A program made the position numbers and the translations under genes. Below are positions 1-13,346 of a stretch of 64,000 nucleotides of DNA, in pieces. Each line of letters begins with the position of its first letter. The stretch's first letter is position 1. Location: the NCBI GenBank assembly GCA_051294375.1, contig CM119263.1, positions 27,200,219-27,264,218 on the forward strand. Reading direction: 5' to 3'. The notes beneath the pieces are model-generated. The model was not told the DNA's origin, did not search any database, and was given only the letters and a program-made list of their open reading frames with translations. Origin of the DNA: Paraspadella gotoi. Lineage: Eukaryota; Animalia; Chaetognatha.

Positions 1-179
1 ATGCGTTTGGCTTTTTTCTCTTTTGTCCCCTTTTCATCCAACGGGTCTCGGTTCTGTATTTCCTTTTCCCTTTTGTTGTGGCCCTTCAACCGTTTCCATC
101 CCGGACGCACATAATTCACTGTTCCACTTTTTTTTTCGCCACGAACCCGCTGATGAAAAATGCTTAGGATAAATCAACA

Positions 180-875
180 GAATATTTTGCGGTTGTTTCT
201 GTTATGAAGGAATGAGCGTTGTCATTTATCTCGCGCGGTAGAGACGCGCGTTGTAACAGGGAGGAAGTGATAAATTTGATACATGTTTAGACAACTATTT
301 ATTTATTTCATTTACAGAATCTCGAATACGAAGACCACTGGCGAGTCACTGCTCACAAGATGACAATATCTCATGTTGATTTTCTGTTTTCACAACTTAA
401 TCGGTGAGTCTTTGTTTTAGTTTTGATTATTTATCAATTGGGATATTATTTTTATTTACATTGAGCAAAATAACATTATCAAGTTTGATCAGATTTCAAT
501 CGCGACCATCGGTTGAATCCGAGCAAATAACAATAAATGAATCCAAATTACAATTCAAAACAATGAAATATGATTTCGTGAGCGAGAACAATCGTAATCA
601 CGACGGCGTGACACGTTAGACCAGCGCCCTACATGCGGGTTCTGACTGAATCGTGACCTACATGCGCGAGAAGCGAGAGGCCGCGGGTTTTCTCAGTCAA
701 GGCGACCACGCGCCGCTACGTGCTTCGACTTAAAACGAGATTTTTGATGTACGGAGCTGAGGAAAGCAATCAGTGGGTGCAGGGGACATTCAAGTTCGGG
801 TCCGCGTTGAGTAACGAAATGTTCTGTCTTATTAGATTAATTTACAATCTTGAAATAATAACATACGACTCCACA
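180..875 (+). CDS. CUB-domain-like exon cluster (copy 1), indel-corrupted
   Basis: Near-identical copy of 9450-10177 with the same splice signals (tttacag| at ~317, gtgagt at ~404, gtatgt at ~876). Confidence 0.35.
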
Positions 876-1273
876 GTATGTAAATTTTTTTTTTAGAAAT
901 ACGGATTAGGTATAGCAGCTTGGTTTTATTACTATTATTTAATTTAACGGACTCTGCTAATTTCAGAATTTAAAACAAAAGTAAAATTGAATTCCGTGTT
1001 TAACCGGAAACTCCTAGCGAGCTCTTGCGGATAAAAGCAGGAACGAAAGACAAGAGACAAAAATAGTGCTTGAGCGTTAGCGTTTTGTTTGAAACAGCAG
1101 ACCTTCGGCTTTGTTATTGTCTGACATCTAGCGGAACTATGGATAACCAAATAAAAAATGATCATCTCTAAATTCTCGAGAGAAATCTAAGAAAATCTTT
1201 ACAACTAAAAAAAGAGTATATAGGTCAACGTATAAATTATATTCTAAATTTTTAAGGTGTTTTCTTTTCTTCT

Positions 1274-1860
1274 AATAGGGGGAGCCTAACTCAGTAAGGT
1301 GGTTAAGAAATTTGAATTAAGCACCTGCTCAAACGAAAATTTAGACATTTTTTAAAAAATATGAATAGACAAAAAATTTTAATATTACTCCATACTCCAT
1401 ATATTAATTTTTTAATATTTATTTATAAATAAGAAAGGCTAAAATTTTTTTAGGATTTTTTTATTTTTAAGATCAGATTCAGGTAGCTTGCAAAAAGTTG
1501 TCTACACAAAGTATAATTATTTTTTCGATATTTTGATCATAAGTGTATGAAAAATATGAAAAATTATTTATAATCATCATCATTATCATTTTTCGATAAT
1601 TTTATTACTTTTTCTTAATTTTGACCAAGAAAGCATAACAATTTTTGAAGGTTGTAGTTATAATTTTTATTTAACTTTTTATGCTCTATCAGAATCCATC
1701 AAAAAAGTTAAGATTGATTAAAAAAATGTTTTATCATTATATAGTAATATTGTAATTTTAATAGCAACAATAAAAGCATTAAAATCGAACTTTTTTAAAA
1801 AATTCTTTTTTTACCTAAAAGTAGACATCCAGACTAAAGTTTTGAACCCCCGCCCCTATT
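1274..1860. mobile_element. Candidate MITE-like AT-rich element (second copy ~10570-11263)
   Basis: Non-coding, very AT-rich interior bounded by AATAGGGG.. and ..GCCCCTATT short inverted termini. Confidence 0.4.
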
Positions 1861-4250
1861 GAATTTAATTTCATAGTAGATTTCTATTATAAGCGTTTTT
1901 AATGTAAGTGGGACAGACCGACGGACAGACATACCGACAGACTTAAAAGTGACTTAGAGNNNNNNNNNNNNNNNNNNNNNNNNNNNNNNNNNNNNNNNNN
2001 NNNNNNNNNNNNNNNNNNNNNNNNNNNNNNNNNNNNNNNNNNNNNNNNNNNNNNNNNNNAAAAAGAGAGAGATTGACTTTTTGAACTATTAAAGTCGTCG
2101 TCATTGTTTATGCGTCGTCATCGCGTCGTCGTCTTCTTTAATTGTTTTCTCTTACTCAAATTTCTTGTCGCGTTCGTAAAGCGTTCAATAAGGGCGCAAT
2201 AAACATTTTTTTATGTTCGAACGACGACGACGACGACGACGAGGAAAGTGATGTTTTCATTCGTCCGCTTACACTTCGTCGTTGACAAGATGCCCCTTCA
2301 AAAAAAAAAAAGTATAATGATGGAGATAATAAATATGAACAACTAAGTTTATTATTGAACCAGAAAAAAAATTCGTTAATGGACCTCTGTAATTGGCGGC
2401 CAATAATAGGCAGGTGCATAAATAAGGGGAAAGTTTTAAAATTTCCTTATTTAAAATATTTACTCATGCATCTGCGAACGACAAATCAAACTAAAACGAT
2501 AAGTCCCACTTTCTATTTTTTAGGCGCAACAGCCGCCTCACAAGTAAACCAACCACATGCAACAACAACGGCCAACAAGAAGCGCAACCCGTCCCCGCGG
2601 ATTCTCTCATTTTCCCATTAATTCAGACAATCGAACCGCAAATCAAGGTTCGCCTCTACATCCTTCACCGCCCCCCTCGCCCCCACCTCCCTATATATCA
2701 CATGACTCAAGCTGTTGCGTCTCATATTTTACGCCGCGTCTCATCCTCGTCGACGTCCGGCCCCAGCGAGTGCGTCGCTGCGTGGATGTTGCGGTGTTAG
2801 ACGCTGCGTTGCGACTGCTGCCGGTGTGTCTGCCTCCTTCTGGGGCGTGGCCGTGGACGCGCACTCGGAGTGGACTTTTTGTATTCCTCGCGAAAACCTG
2901 GCAATACAGAAAAAAAAAAAACTTAAACATTAAAATTAAAGTTTCATTGTGACGATCGTTATTGAATTCCTATTTGAATTTTTCCCTTCGCTTGCTTTGA
3001 TGACGCTCGTTAACGCATGCTCGGACTTGACATGCACGAAACGCGCATGACCGCATGGAAACTGAATTTTAATTTCCTGAACCCTGAGACATGAGGCGAA
3101 AGATTTTTTAGTGATCAAATGAATCAACTAAATCAATTTAAATATAAATGTTTCACTCTTTTTTTTTGGCTTCTCTTCGCCCATCTCTCTCTCGCTCTCT
3201 CTCCTCTCTCCTCTCCTCTTCTTCCTCTCCTCCTCTCTCTCTCATCTCTTCTTCTCTCTCTCTCTCTCTCATCCTCCTCTCGTCTCTCCTCTCTTCTCGG
3301 GTTAAAAACAAAGGATTAAGTCTTACACGTGTTCCCTCTCCGGAACACGGACGTGAATGGCGTCTTCTGAGTGAAGCGTCCGCGAGAGACTGAGAATTAC
3401 GGGATCGTGGACGGGCGTGAGACTTCGAGACGAATGACACTGCGAGTGACACTGATGACTGTGATCAGTGGATAACAGGATGAAAGTGAAATAGAGATGA
3501 CTGTGGAAGACAAAATGCAGTGACTTAGATGACAGGAAGGGAAACCGAAAAAGGCTTGGTAAACATTACAAATAAGATTACATAAACATTTCTTGAAACA
3601 TGAATTTCTTAAGATCAATCTTTGCAGCTTTTGTTTTCTTATATCCGTCGCGGATACGATACAAACTGATTGCATGGTAACAATTCTTCGCGTCGACAGC
3701 ACAGGGCCGTTCACGCGACTGCAACCGCTGACTGCACCATCGACCGGTTGACTGCATCTGGGGGAAAACTCGAGTTTTATTGCAGTTGCGATGCGCGAAG
3801 GAAGAGCCGAACAAGAACTGACGAATTCCTCTCGAGCGAACCGTGGGACAGATAAAAAGATCGGCTTGACCCCAAAGAAGAGGAAGGGTGTGGTCAGTGG
3901 AAAAATGGGAAAGGAATGTGATGAATAAATGGACAAAATGAGAAGTAGGGAAAATGGGAAATAGGGAAGTTGGATTATGAAGAAATGGCATGGAAAAGTT
4001 GTGGAATGTAAAAGTGGAGAAAAGCAAGCAGAGGGCGAAGTTTGAGGAAGAGGCGGTGAGCGTAAATTTCCGAAAATGATAAAATAGAAAAGTTTTTTTC
4101 AAGTTGACATGCAGGAAGGTGGTAAGCCTGTTGATAGGGACCCTTCAGCTGTGTGAACTACTCAGCATGGGACATTGAGGCAACAGGGTGGCAGGAAATC
4201 GCCCTCCATCGAATCCGCCGGGGGTCTTCTGCAACTTTTTATTGCGGGCA

Positions 4251-4289
<39 letters not shown>

Positions 4290-4523
4290 TATCCTCCTCT
4301 CTCTCTCTCTCCTCATCTCCTCTCTCTTCTCTCTCTCTCTCATCTCTCTCTCTCTTCCTATCTCCTCTTTCCTCTCTCAATCTGTCCTTCCATTAATCAA
4401 TGATCAGCAAAGACTTGATCGTCCGGGTTGAATCCCGATGATCACGTCGGCGGATCGAAATCCTGCGCGGGAGATTTTCTTATGTGGTATGCAAGAGGGA
4501 AGAAGAATGGGAAAAGATTGATG

Positions 4524-4575
<52 letters not shown>

Positions 4576-5875
4576 TTCAAAACAGAAAGCGGCAATTTCA
4601 TTTTTAAAAAATCATTAAACCTTTCCAAAAAGTTTTTAAAATGTTCTTTTTCCGCCCAACGACTTCAGGCTAATTATCTTTAAACGTAAACCAGAAAAAA
4701 GACGTTTTTTCGTCACGTTCATCTCCCGTCAGTCCTGACAAAATAATCCATTTACATACCAAAACTGAAACAAGATGAGGCCACACACTCAAATTCTTTT
4801 TCCGCTTTTAAAAAAGTGGAGCATCCTTTCCATCTCCTCTTTACTCTCCCGCAAATTCCTCGTTCTACTTCTCGTTCACTTTTACAAGCCTGCCTCGCCT
4901 TTCATTACGCCCTCCTCCCACCGCCACCATCTCCAACACCCGCCCTACCACCCACCCTTTCCATTTCCGATGCCTTTTTTTTAAACCGCCGGTTGAGTAT
5001 AACGCGGCGCGTCTCGACCGGCGTCGTTCCAGCGCTTCCTCCCCTCGCGCCGGAAAGGGAGAGTCGGCGGGCCGATTTCTTCTCGCCACGTCTCTCAAAA
5101 AACTAAGACCTCGAATCGAGAGTCGATGAGGGTCCGCCCCGCCTCCTAAGCCGCCCCCTGCCCGCCTCGGCCGCCATCTCTCTCTCTCTAGCGCTCTCTG
5201 AGAACGCCTTGCGTCCTTGACATCGTTCTCTCTCTCACCAGCCCTTCACCCATCCTCCAGATTTTGGACTCTGTCCCCACACTCTCTCTCTCTCTCCTCA
5301 GCGCAACTCTGTCCGCATCCGTAAAAGAATAACCGTTTTGGATGTGAACGGATACCCTTCCTTGCCCTTTCTTCCTTCTTTTTTCTCTCTCGTTCCTTTC
5401 GAAATTTCGTCGTCGTCGTCGATTTTTTTTTTCTCATAAATTTTCAAAGCCAAATACAATTGGCTTCGTTATCAAATTAATTTAAAGTTTGGGTTTTTTC
5501 CGCCGCTTAGCTTAACTCATACTTTTAAGAGCAACTGTTACTCGCCACTTGTATTCACATCAAACGCAAATTTCCCCGACATCCACGGGGCCATTACCAC
5601 TCGCATTCCAACCCCCACCGAAGCCCCATTGAACGCCATTTAACCCCAACAAACCCCAACCACTCCGTCAACACATCACTCCACCTCATCTCCTTTTGCT
5701 CGATGTCTCTCCGATTGCGGATGTTCGACATTTTCTTCCCTCTTGACGACGACAACAACAACATCAAGGACGACAACAAAACCACAAACAGAAGTGAAAA
5801 ACTATTTCAAGTTGATCAATATTTTTAAAAAACGTGAAAGCAAAATTTTATACCAATATTGATTAAAAAGTAAAC

Positions 5876-5950
5876 CTTGTCATAAATATTAAATGACGAT
5901 GTTATAAAGCATTTAGGCAAAAAGGCGGTTGAAACGTACGGAAAACCCGC
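5876..5950 (-). CDS. Candidate small exon resembling class A GPCR TM7
   Basis: Bounded by ccag| and AAG|gt. Reads AGFPYVSTAFL..CF and, with indel correction, N-I-V-I-Y-I-F-M-x-K (NPxxY-like). Confidence 0.25.
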
Positions 5951-8039
5951 CTGGCGGTGAATTAATGGAACGACGAAGGGGAAATTAAACATGATTAAGA
6001 GCAAAGGCGGGGAAGAAAGGTGAGAGAGAGAGAGAGAGAAAGAGGCTCGCGGCGTCAAAGAGAACAATCTCGCGACGCCCGTTTCTTCCCACAAACGTCA
6101 GGGGGCGTTTCCCTCTCTCTAAAAAAATGGGCAGAACCGCAAAACAGAGCGTCAGTCGTCGTCTTGATGACTGCGATGACGAAGATGAACGATGTTGACG
6201 ACGAGAGTGAGACGTTACGTGGAGAACGAAGGAATGGACTTTTCGAACGACGGACGACGACCGACGACGACACGACGACGACGAGGGAAGGGAAATCAAA
6301 ATTTCCGCGAATCGGACTTCAAAGGGAGAAAAAAAAAAAAGATGCGGGACGACGAGGAAGGAGGAAAGAAAGAGATGGCTCAACGTGACCCAATTAGTTG
6401 CGTCCGTAAGATGTAATAGAGAGAGAGAGAGATGAGATGAAACAAGCGAGAAATAGGAGAGCCACAAAAAATATACCTGGGGAAGGGCGCATGTAACAGA
6501 CGCAAAACAAGAAAGAAGCGAAGAAAAGAATAATTTTGAATCTAAACATTCGGCGCCACTTTCTTGTGGGCGTGGAGCCAAAGTTTTCCTCTCGAAAAGA
6601 GACGTATGTTCACTTCCGGTTTGAGGAGAGAAAATAGAATTCTTTTTCATCCGCCGTCGTAAAAATTCACGAGCGAGAGAGAGCTTTATTTTCTCTTCTC
6701 TCTCTCTCTCTCTTATAAAATAAAAATAAAATGAATCATTAATTGAAATTAAAATGTTATGAACTAATTCATAAGAATTTAAAAATATAACGTTTAAGAC
6801 GTTTGTCCGTCTGTGTTGTCGTTATATAAAACTATTTCTCTCCTCTCTCTCTTCTCAATCTCTCATCTCTCCTCTCTCTCTCTCATCTCTCCTTCTCCTC
6901 TCGCTCTCTCTCTCATCTCTCTCTTTCCTCCACTCACCGGCCGTAAAATTCCCATGTTAATCCCCTCCAAACAATAAAGTAATCACCCAAGCCATTACGT
7001 GAATTGCTGGCGCGCGTGGGGCCCTGGCACGCCGCTATGCCGCCAACCGACCCGTTGCTTCCGCGCTCGCTGCGGCGGCCGCCCCGCGTGACGTCATTCC
7101 CTCGAACGACGATGGCCAAACAATGAAGTGACGTCGAGAGTTTTGTTCCGTGAGATGAGGGTGACTTATTTGGAGAATCACGGCCCGTGATCCGGAAGTT
7201 CACGCGGGGTCGTTGGAAGGTCGGGTTCCGTTTCGTCGAAGACTTTGCTAATGAGATTATTCAAATCAGACGAGTTCGGTGAATAAGATCTCAAATGATT
7301 CACTGTTTTTAATGTCGGGTTTAGTTTTAGACTAAAATAGATGTTACTTTCTTTGTCAATTTTACATGAAAATTCCTTGTGTTTTTTCCTTTCTGTTTGA
7401 ATTGGCGCTGAAGAAGACTCGTATGTGAGTCGAACATGTCTGTTAAACTATGAAATAAATACGTTTGTTAAAATCTCTCTTCAAAAACTTTGTACATAAA
7501 TTCCTTTATTTGAAAGGTAAGCTAAGGAGAGTTAAAATTTTACGAGACCGGTCCTTTATATTCATTTCGAAAATTAAGGCGGAGAGAAAAATTCAGTAAA
7601 AATTATTTCGCGATTTTGTCTCTGATTTTGATAAACGAATATTAATAATCCATAGACTAACATTTAATTGACTTCATATGCGATCCACTCCCTTCCCATC
7701 GCGACCCTCGTCGACCGCTGTCCTAGTCGCCGCGCCATGCTGAGAAGACTTCATTCCAATAGGATTGTCGAGCCTGACCGCGATGGCAACGTCGGACCGT
7801 GCCGGGGCTGCCCGGTCCCGAGAGGGCGCCCCGACCCACGACCCGACGTAACCCGGAATCGGTAAACTTTTCGTTTCTAAGAGACGCTCAACTCGTTTGT
7901 CTAAGAGTAAGAGAGAGAGAGAGAGAGAGAGACAGAGACAAAGACACTGACGTGCCCTTTCGGACGAAACGAGGTAGGCTCCATCGGCAAATCCGACTAT
8001 TTGATCTCAATCTCGACGGCCGAAAGCCACAAAATACGT

Positions 8040-8128
<89 letters not shown>

Positions 8129-8689
8129 TAGAGAAGAGGAGGTCAATAATTGCCCGATTCTCCCAAATGACTTCCCCTTTTGATCCACGGACCAGCCGTT
8201 TAACCCTCTGAGAATTTTGTGTTCGAAAAGAGCTTCTGCTTTTGTTGTTAAAGCGAAGAAAAAAAAGGATAAAAGAAAAAACGATGACCTCATCAACCAA
8301 ATGTTGATTTTTCTGGCAGAAATACTACTTTAGACTTTATCACTTAACGGCCCAACGAAGAAGGGCCAATATCAATAGAAAGAGAGGCCAAAAAGAAAAT
8401 GAGAGAACGGTTCGTCGTCGTCGTCGTCCCTTGACCCACATCCGGTGAAAGGCGTCAATGGAGATGGCAGGAATTTTAATGGGATGCTTCGAATGCTCCC
8501 TCGACTAAAATAGAAAACCAGATGGCAGAGAACAATTATAGTACATTGTACAATTGTATAATGTATATTGTACATTGTTTATAATTGGTATATAATAAAA
8601 AATGAGCACGTTATTTTTTTATTTTAAACGTTAATTGCTTTAAGTTTTGTGTATTTGCTAGTTTTGTTGATTTTAATCCTTTTCAACTC

Positions 8690-8754
8690 CTCGTTCTTTC
8701 TTTTTCTTTCTTATCTTTCTTTCTTTTGTTCTTTTTTCTTTTTTTTTTCTTTTT

Positions 8755-8806
<52 letters not shown>

Positions 8807-8812
8807 CTTTTT

Positions 8813-8843
<31 letters not shown>

Positions 8844-8844
8844 C

Positions 8845-8927
<83 letters not shown>

Positions 8928-9090
8928 CCCTTTTTTTTCTTTCTTTCTTTTCTTTCTTTCTTTCCTTTCTTTGCTATTTTCCTTTCTTTCTTTCCTTCTT
9001 TCCTTTTCCTTTCTTTCCTTTCCTTTCTTTCTTTCCTTTTCTTTCTTATTCTTTCTTTCTTTGTCTCCTCATCTCTCTCTCTTTCTCTCA
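8690..9090. repeat. Poly-T / (CTTT)n polypyrimidine tract
   Basis: About 200 bp of almost pure T flanked by TC-rich sequence; source of the poly-F/poly-K ORFs. Confidence 0.95.
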
Positions 9091-9275
9091 TGATCGATCT
9101 TTTCTTTCTTCCTCGCAAAATGGCGGCCAACATAACGTTCTATTGGTCAAAGGCGTCCGACCGAATAATACTTCAGAAAGAAAAAAGGTTTTGAGTTCTG
9201 AGGAAACCGACGCTGTGGGGAGGCGGGGTTAGGTGGATAGGGAGGGAGTTGCGGTGGCGTGAAGGCGATGAGCGA

Positions 9276-11290
9276 TTGCGTATGGACTTTTTCTCTTTGT
9301 CCCCCTTTTCAATCCAACGGTCTCGGTTGTATTCCTTTTCCCTTTTGTTGTGGCCCTTCAACGTTTCCATCCCGGACGCATAATTCACTGTTCACCTTTT
9401 TTTTTCGCCACGAACCCGCCTTGAATGAAAAATGCTTAGGATAAATCACAGAATATTTTGCGGTTGTTTCCTGTTATGAAGGAATGAGTTGTGTCATTTA
9501 TCCGGCGGTAGAGAGACGCCGCGTTGTAACAGGGAGGAAAGTGATAAATTTGATCATGTTTAGACAGAACTATTTATTTAATTTCATTTACAGAATCTTC
9601 TCGATACGAAGCCACTGTACACTGGCGAGTCACTGCTCCAAATGACAATATACTGCATGTTTGATTTTCTGTTTCCAACAACTTAAATCGGTGAGGTCTT
9701 TGTTTTATGGTTTTTGATTATTTAATCAAATTGGGATATTAATTTTATTTACATTGAGCAATAACATTATAAAGTTTGATCAGTATTTCAAGTCGCAGGA
9801 CCATCGGTTGAATCCGAGCAAATAACAATACAAATGAATCCAAATTAGCAATTCAAACATGAAATATGATTTCGTGAGGCGAGAACAATCTAATCACGAC
9901 GTGCCGTGACACGTTAGACCTAGCGCCCATACATGCGGGTTCTTGACTGAAATCGTGAACCTACATGCGCGAAGAAAGCGAGAGGCCGCGGGGTTTTCTC
10001 AGTCAAGGCGACCACGCGCCGCTACGTGCTTTCGACTTAAAACGAGATTTTTTGATGTACGGAGCTGAGGAAAAGGCATCAGTGGGTCAGGGACATTCAA
10101 GTTCGGGTCCGGTTGAGTACGAAATGTTCTGTCTTATTAGATTATTTACAACTTGAAATAATAACATACGACTCACAGTATGTAAATTTTTTTTTTAGAA
10201 ATACGGATTAGGTATAGCAGCTGGTTTTATTACTATTATTTAATTTAACGGACTCTGCTAATTTCAGAATTTAAAACCAAAAGTAAAATTGAATTCGTGT
10301 TTAACCGGAAACTCCTAGCGAGCTCTTGCGGATAAAAGCAGGAACGAAAGACAAGAGACAAAAATAGTGCTTGAGCGTGCGTTTTGTTTGAAACAGCAGA
10401 CTTCGGCTTTGTATTGTCTGACATCTAGCGGAACTATGGATAACCAAATAAAAAATGATCATCTCTAAATTCTCGAGAGAAATTAAGAAAATCTTTACAA
10501 ACTAAAAAAAGAGTATATAGGTAAACGTATAAATTATATTCTAATTTTAAGGTGTTTTCTTTTCTTGCTAATAGGCGGAGCCTAACTCAGTAAGGTGGTA
10601 AGAAATTGAATTAGCACCTGCTCAACGAAAATTTTAGACATTTTTTAAAAAATATGAATAGACAAAAAATTTTTAATGAAATTGGGGACAACCAATATAA
10701 AAATACCATTCATTTAATAAATAGCTATCTTGCCCCTGACTTTGGACAGGCTTTGTGGTGGTTTTAAGGCCTCATCACTCTTACAAGATAATATTACTCC
10801 ATACTCCATATATTAATTTTTTAATATTTATTTATAAATAAGAAAGGCTAAAATTTTTTAGGATTTTTTATTTTTTAAGACCCGATTCAGGTAGCTTGCA
10901 AAAAAGTTGTCTGCACAAAGTATAATTATTTTTTCGATATTTTGATCATAAGTGTATGAAAAATATGAAAAATTATTTATAATCATCATCATTATCATTT
11001 TTTCGATAATTTTATTACTTTTTCTTATTTTGACCAAGAAAGCATAACAATTTTTGAAGGTTGTAGTTATAATTTTTATTTAACTTTTTATGCTCTATCA
11101 GAATCATCAAAAAAGTTAAGATGATTAAAAAAATGTTTTATCATTATATAGTAATATTGTAATTTTAATAGCAAATAAAAGCATAAAATCGAACTTTTAA
11201 AAAAAATTCTTTTTTACCTAAAAGTAGACATCCAGACTAAAGTTTTGAACCCCCGCCCCTATTGAATTTAAAATTCATAGTAGATTTCTA
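9276..11290 (+). repeat. Segmental direct duplication, copy 2
   Basis: Same sequence as 1-1886, plus an extra 111-bp segment at 10678-10788. Confidence 0.95.
9450..10177 (+). CDS. CUB-domain-like exon cluster (copy 2), indel-corrupted
   Basis: CG...GMS.VIYP; an exon bounded by tttacag| and |gtgag (~9594-9690) reading SSRYEATVHWRVTAPNDNILHV; DFVSENN; RGFSVKATT; then an open stretch ELRKRHQWVRDIQVRVRLSTKCSVLLDYLQLEIITYDS ending at a gtatgt donor. Confidence 0.4.
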
Positions 11291-11349
11291 CTACTAGTAT
11301 TTTTGTTTTATTACAATTTTTCCACTTAATTGTTTCATTTTTGTTTTGC

Positions 11350-11368
11350 CCTCTCCCTCTCTCTCTCT

Positions 11369-11437
<69 letters not shown>

Positions 11438-11607
11438 ATGTTTTTTCAAAGTGACTCCATTAGTAGAAGATCGGAGTCATAAACCGAGCGATTATCACTG
11501 TTCCGTTTGAAGGGTCGAAAGACAGAAGAGTCGGCCTCTCTGGCAGAAAAAGACAGAAAACGGAAAGAAAAAGAAAAGAATGAGAGAGAGAGAGAGAGAG
11601 GAGAGAG

Positions 11608-11668
<61 letters not shown>
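11350..11668. repeat. (CT)n and (GA)n microsatellites; representative of dozens of such tracts in the window (e.g. 4253, 8042, 13274, 43860, 45001, 46560, 54300, 56254)
   Basis: Direct reading. Confidence 0.97.
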
Positions 11669-11670
<2 letters not shown>

Positions 11671-13270
11671 ATGGTTTCTTCCAGAGTCATCAATCTTAGG
11701 ATTGATCCCGGGACAAAGTGGTGCAAGAAAAAGAAAAGATAATCGCTGGTCAATAATTATGAGAGAGAGAATCTTTAAGTCTCTTTCTCTTTCTTTGTCT
11801 TAGACTGAGACTTCTGTTTTAGACTTTGTCTTAGTCTGAGAACTGAGAGTTTGCGAATAAAGGTTTCTCTAGCGCATCTTTGATTCCTAGATAATTATCA
11901 CAGTATCACTGTAATCGATCTATTTACCAGAAAAAATGAAATAAAAACAACAAATAAACTAATTCCTTTTTTTCATGTTATTATCACCTGTTTCTCTATT
12001 CAAATTACAATTTCATCGATTTCCATATTTTCTCGATTCAGTTAATCTTTTGTTCCTTTATTCTAATCCGTTTAAATCGTCTCCGGCTCCCAGTATTCCT
12101 TTTTTTTCCTTAATCCTTTTCTCTTTTCCTTTTTTTTTCTCTTACCAAATGCTAACGACATAACAGAATCGAGACTTAAAATTTTCTTTGAGATTAAGAG
12201 ACGCGAGTCGAAGTTGAAAGAGATGATGATGAAGGAAGGATGAGGGAGAGAAAAAAGAAAGAAGGAGGATAGAATAAGGATTTAAAGAAGATAGTAAGAG
12301 GCTAAGGAGACAGAATGCCTGTGATGAGAGAGAAAAAAAGATAGGAGGATAGAATAAGAATTGAAAGAAGATAGTAAGAGGGCTGAAAAGACAAAATGAG
12401 GGTTAGAAAAAAATACAAGTTTTGAAAGGGGGTTCAAAGATGATAGAATGAGGGTTAAAAGTGAAGATAAAGAAGAGGTGAAATTTAATGCAATGAAGTT
12501 TAAAACAGGATATAAAAGAATAAAAAGAAGTATCTTCAATATCATCTGCGATAGATCAATTCTTCGATCTCTCTCTTTTAAAGATGTAAGATTAATAAGA
12601 TAACAAACAATAACAAATAATAACTAAAACTTTGAAAGAAAAATAAACTTTATTAAATAAGACGGTGTTTGAAATGCATCATCAGAACCAATCAATCGGA
12701 CATCCAAGGCCCTTTTTTTGAATCAATTAAAATCTTCGATTATTCAACGGGGCAACAATGATTATGCCGAAACATGAACTCGGCGTCTGGTTCAATTAAT
12801 CCTTTATGCTAATCGTACTTGAATATTCGATCATAAAATGTTCAATAAGAACGGAAAAGAAAAAAAAAAGAAAATTCAGTTCGCGGTAAGGATCTAAGGC
12901 TTTCGATATTTTACGATCGATTGTCGTCTTTATTGATGTTTGAAGTCACGAGGATTTAAAAAGTCATTTTAGGGTACGTCTTAAAATTTGCTATGATCGT
13001 TATTGCTCACAATAAAAAAAAATGGCTAAAAACAAATGAAAATGATATGAAAACCTAGACAATGCAATATAGATTGATTTTAGCTAGAACCATACAACCA
13101 CTTAAAATTTCTATTTTTCTTATCTTTCTTAAACACAAGCAACCCGACAATACAACATCATCACCACAACTTAAAAAGAAAAGAGCTTTTGGTATCACAT
13201 TAAAAGATCTTCACCGAAACAAGAAACTCCTGTGAGGCCTACAACTCTTAACATCTTACGATCATCGGCT

Positions 13271-13346
<76 letters not shown>

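Larger units (their letters stand above)
1..1886 (+). repeat. Segmental direct duplication, copy 1 (truncated by window start)
   Basis: Aligns by eye along its whole length to 9276-11290; differences are mostly 1-bp indels. Confidence 0.95.

Noticed and set aside
5876-5950. Opsin call based on a Lys before the YN/IN-x-x-IY motif
   Set aside because: The Lys-to-Asn spacing is too short for the retinal-binding Lys position and depends on assumed indels.
8649-9232. Long poly-Phe/poly-Lys ORFs
   Set aside because: Translations of a poly-T tract.
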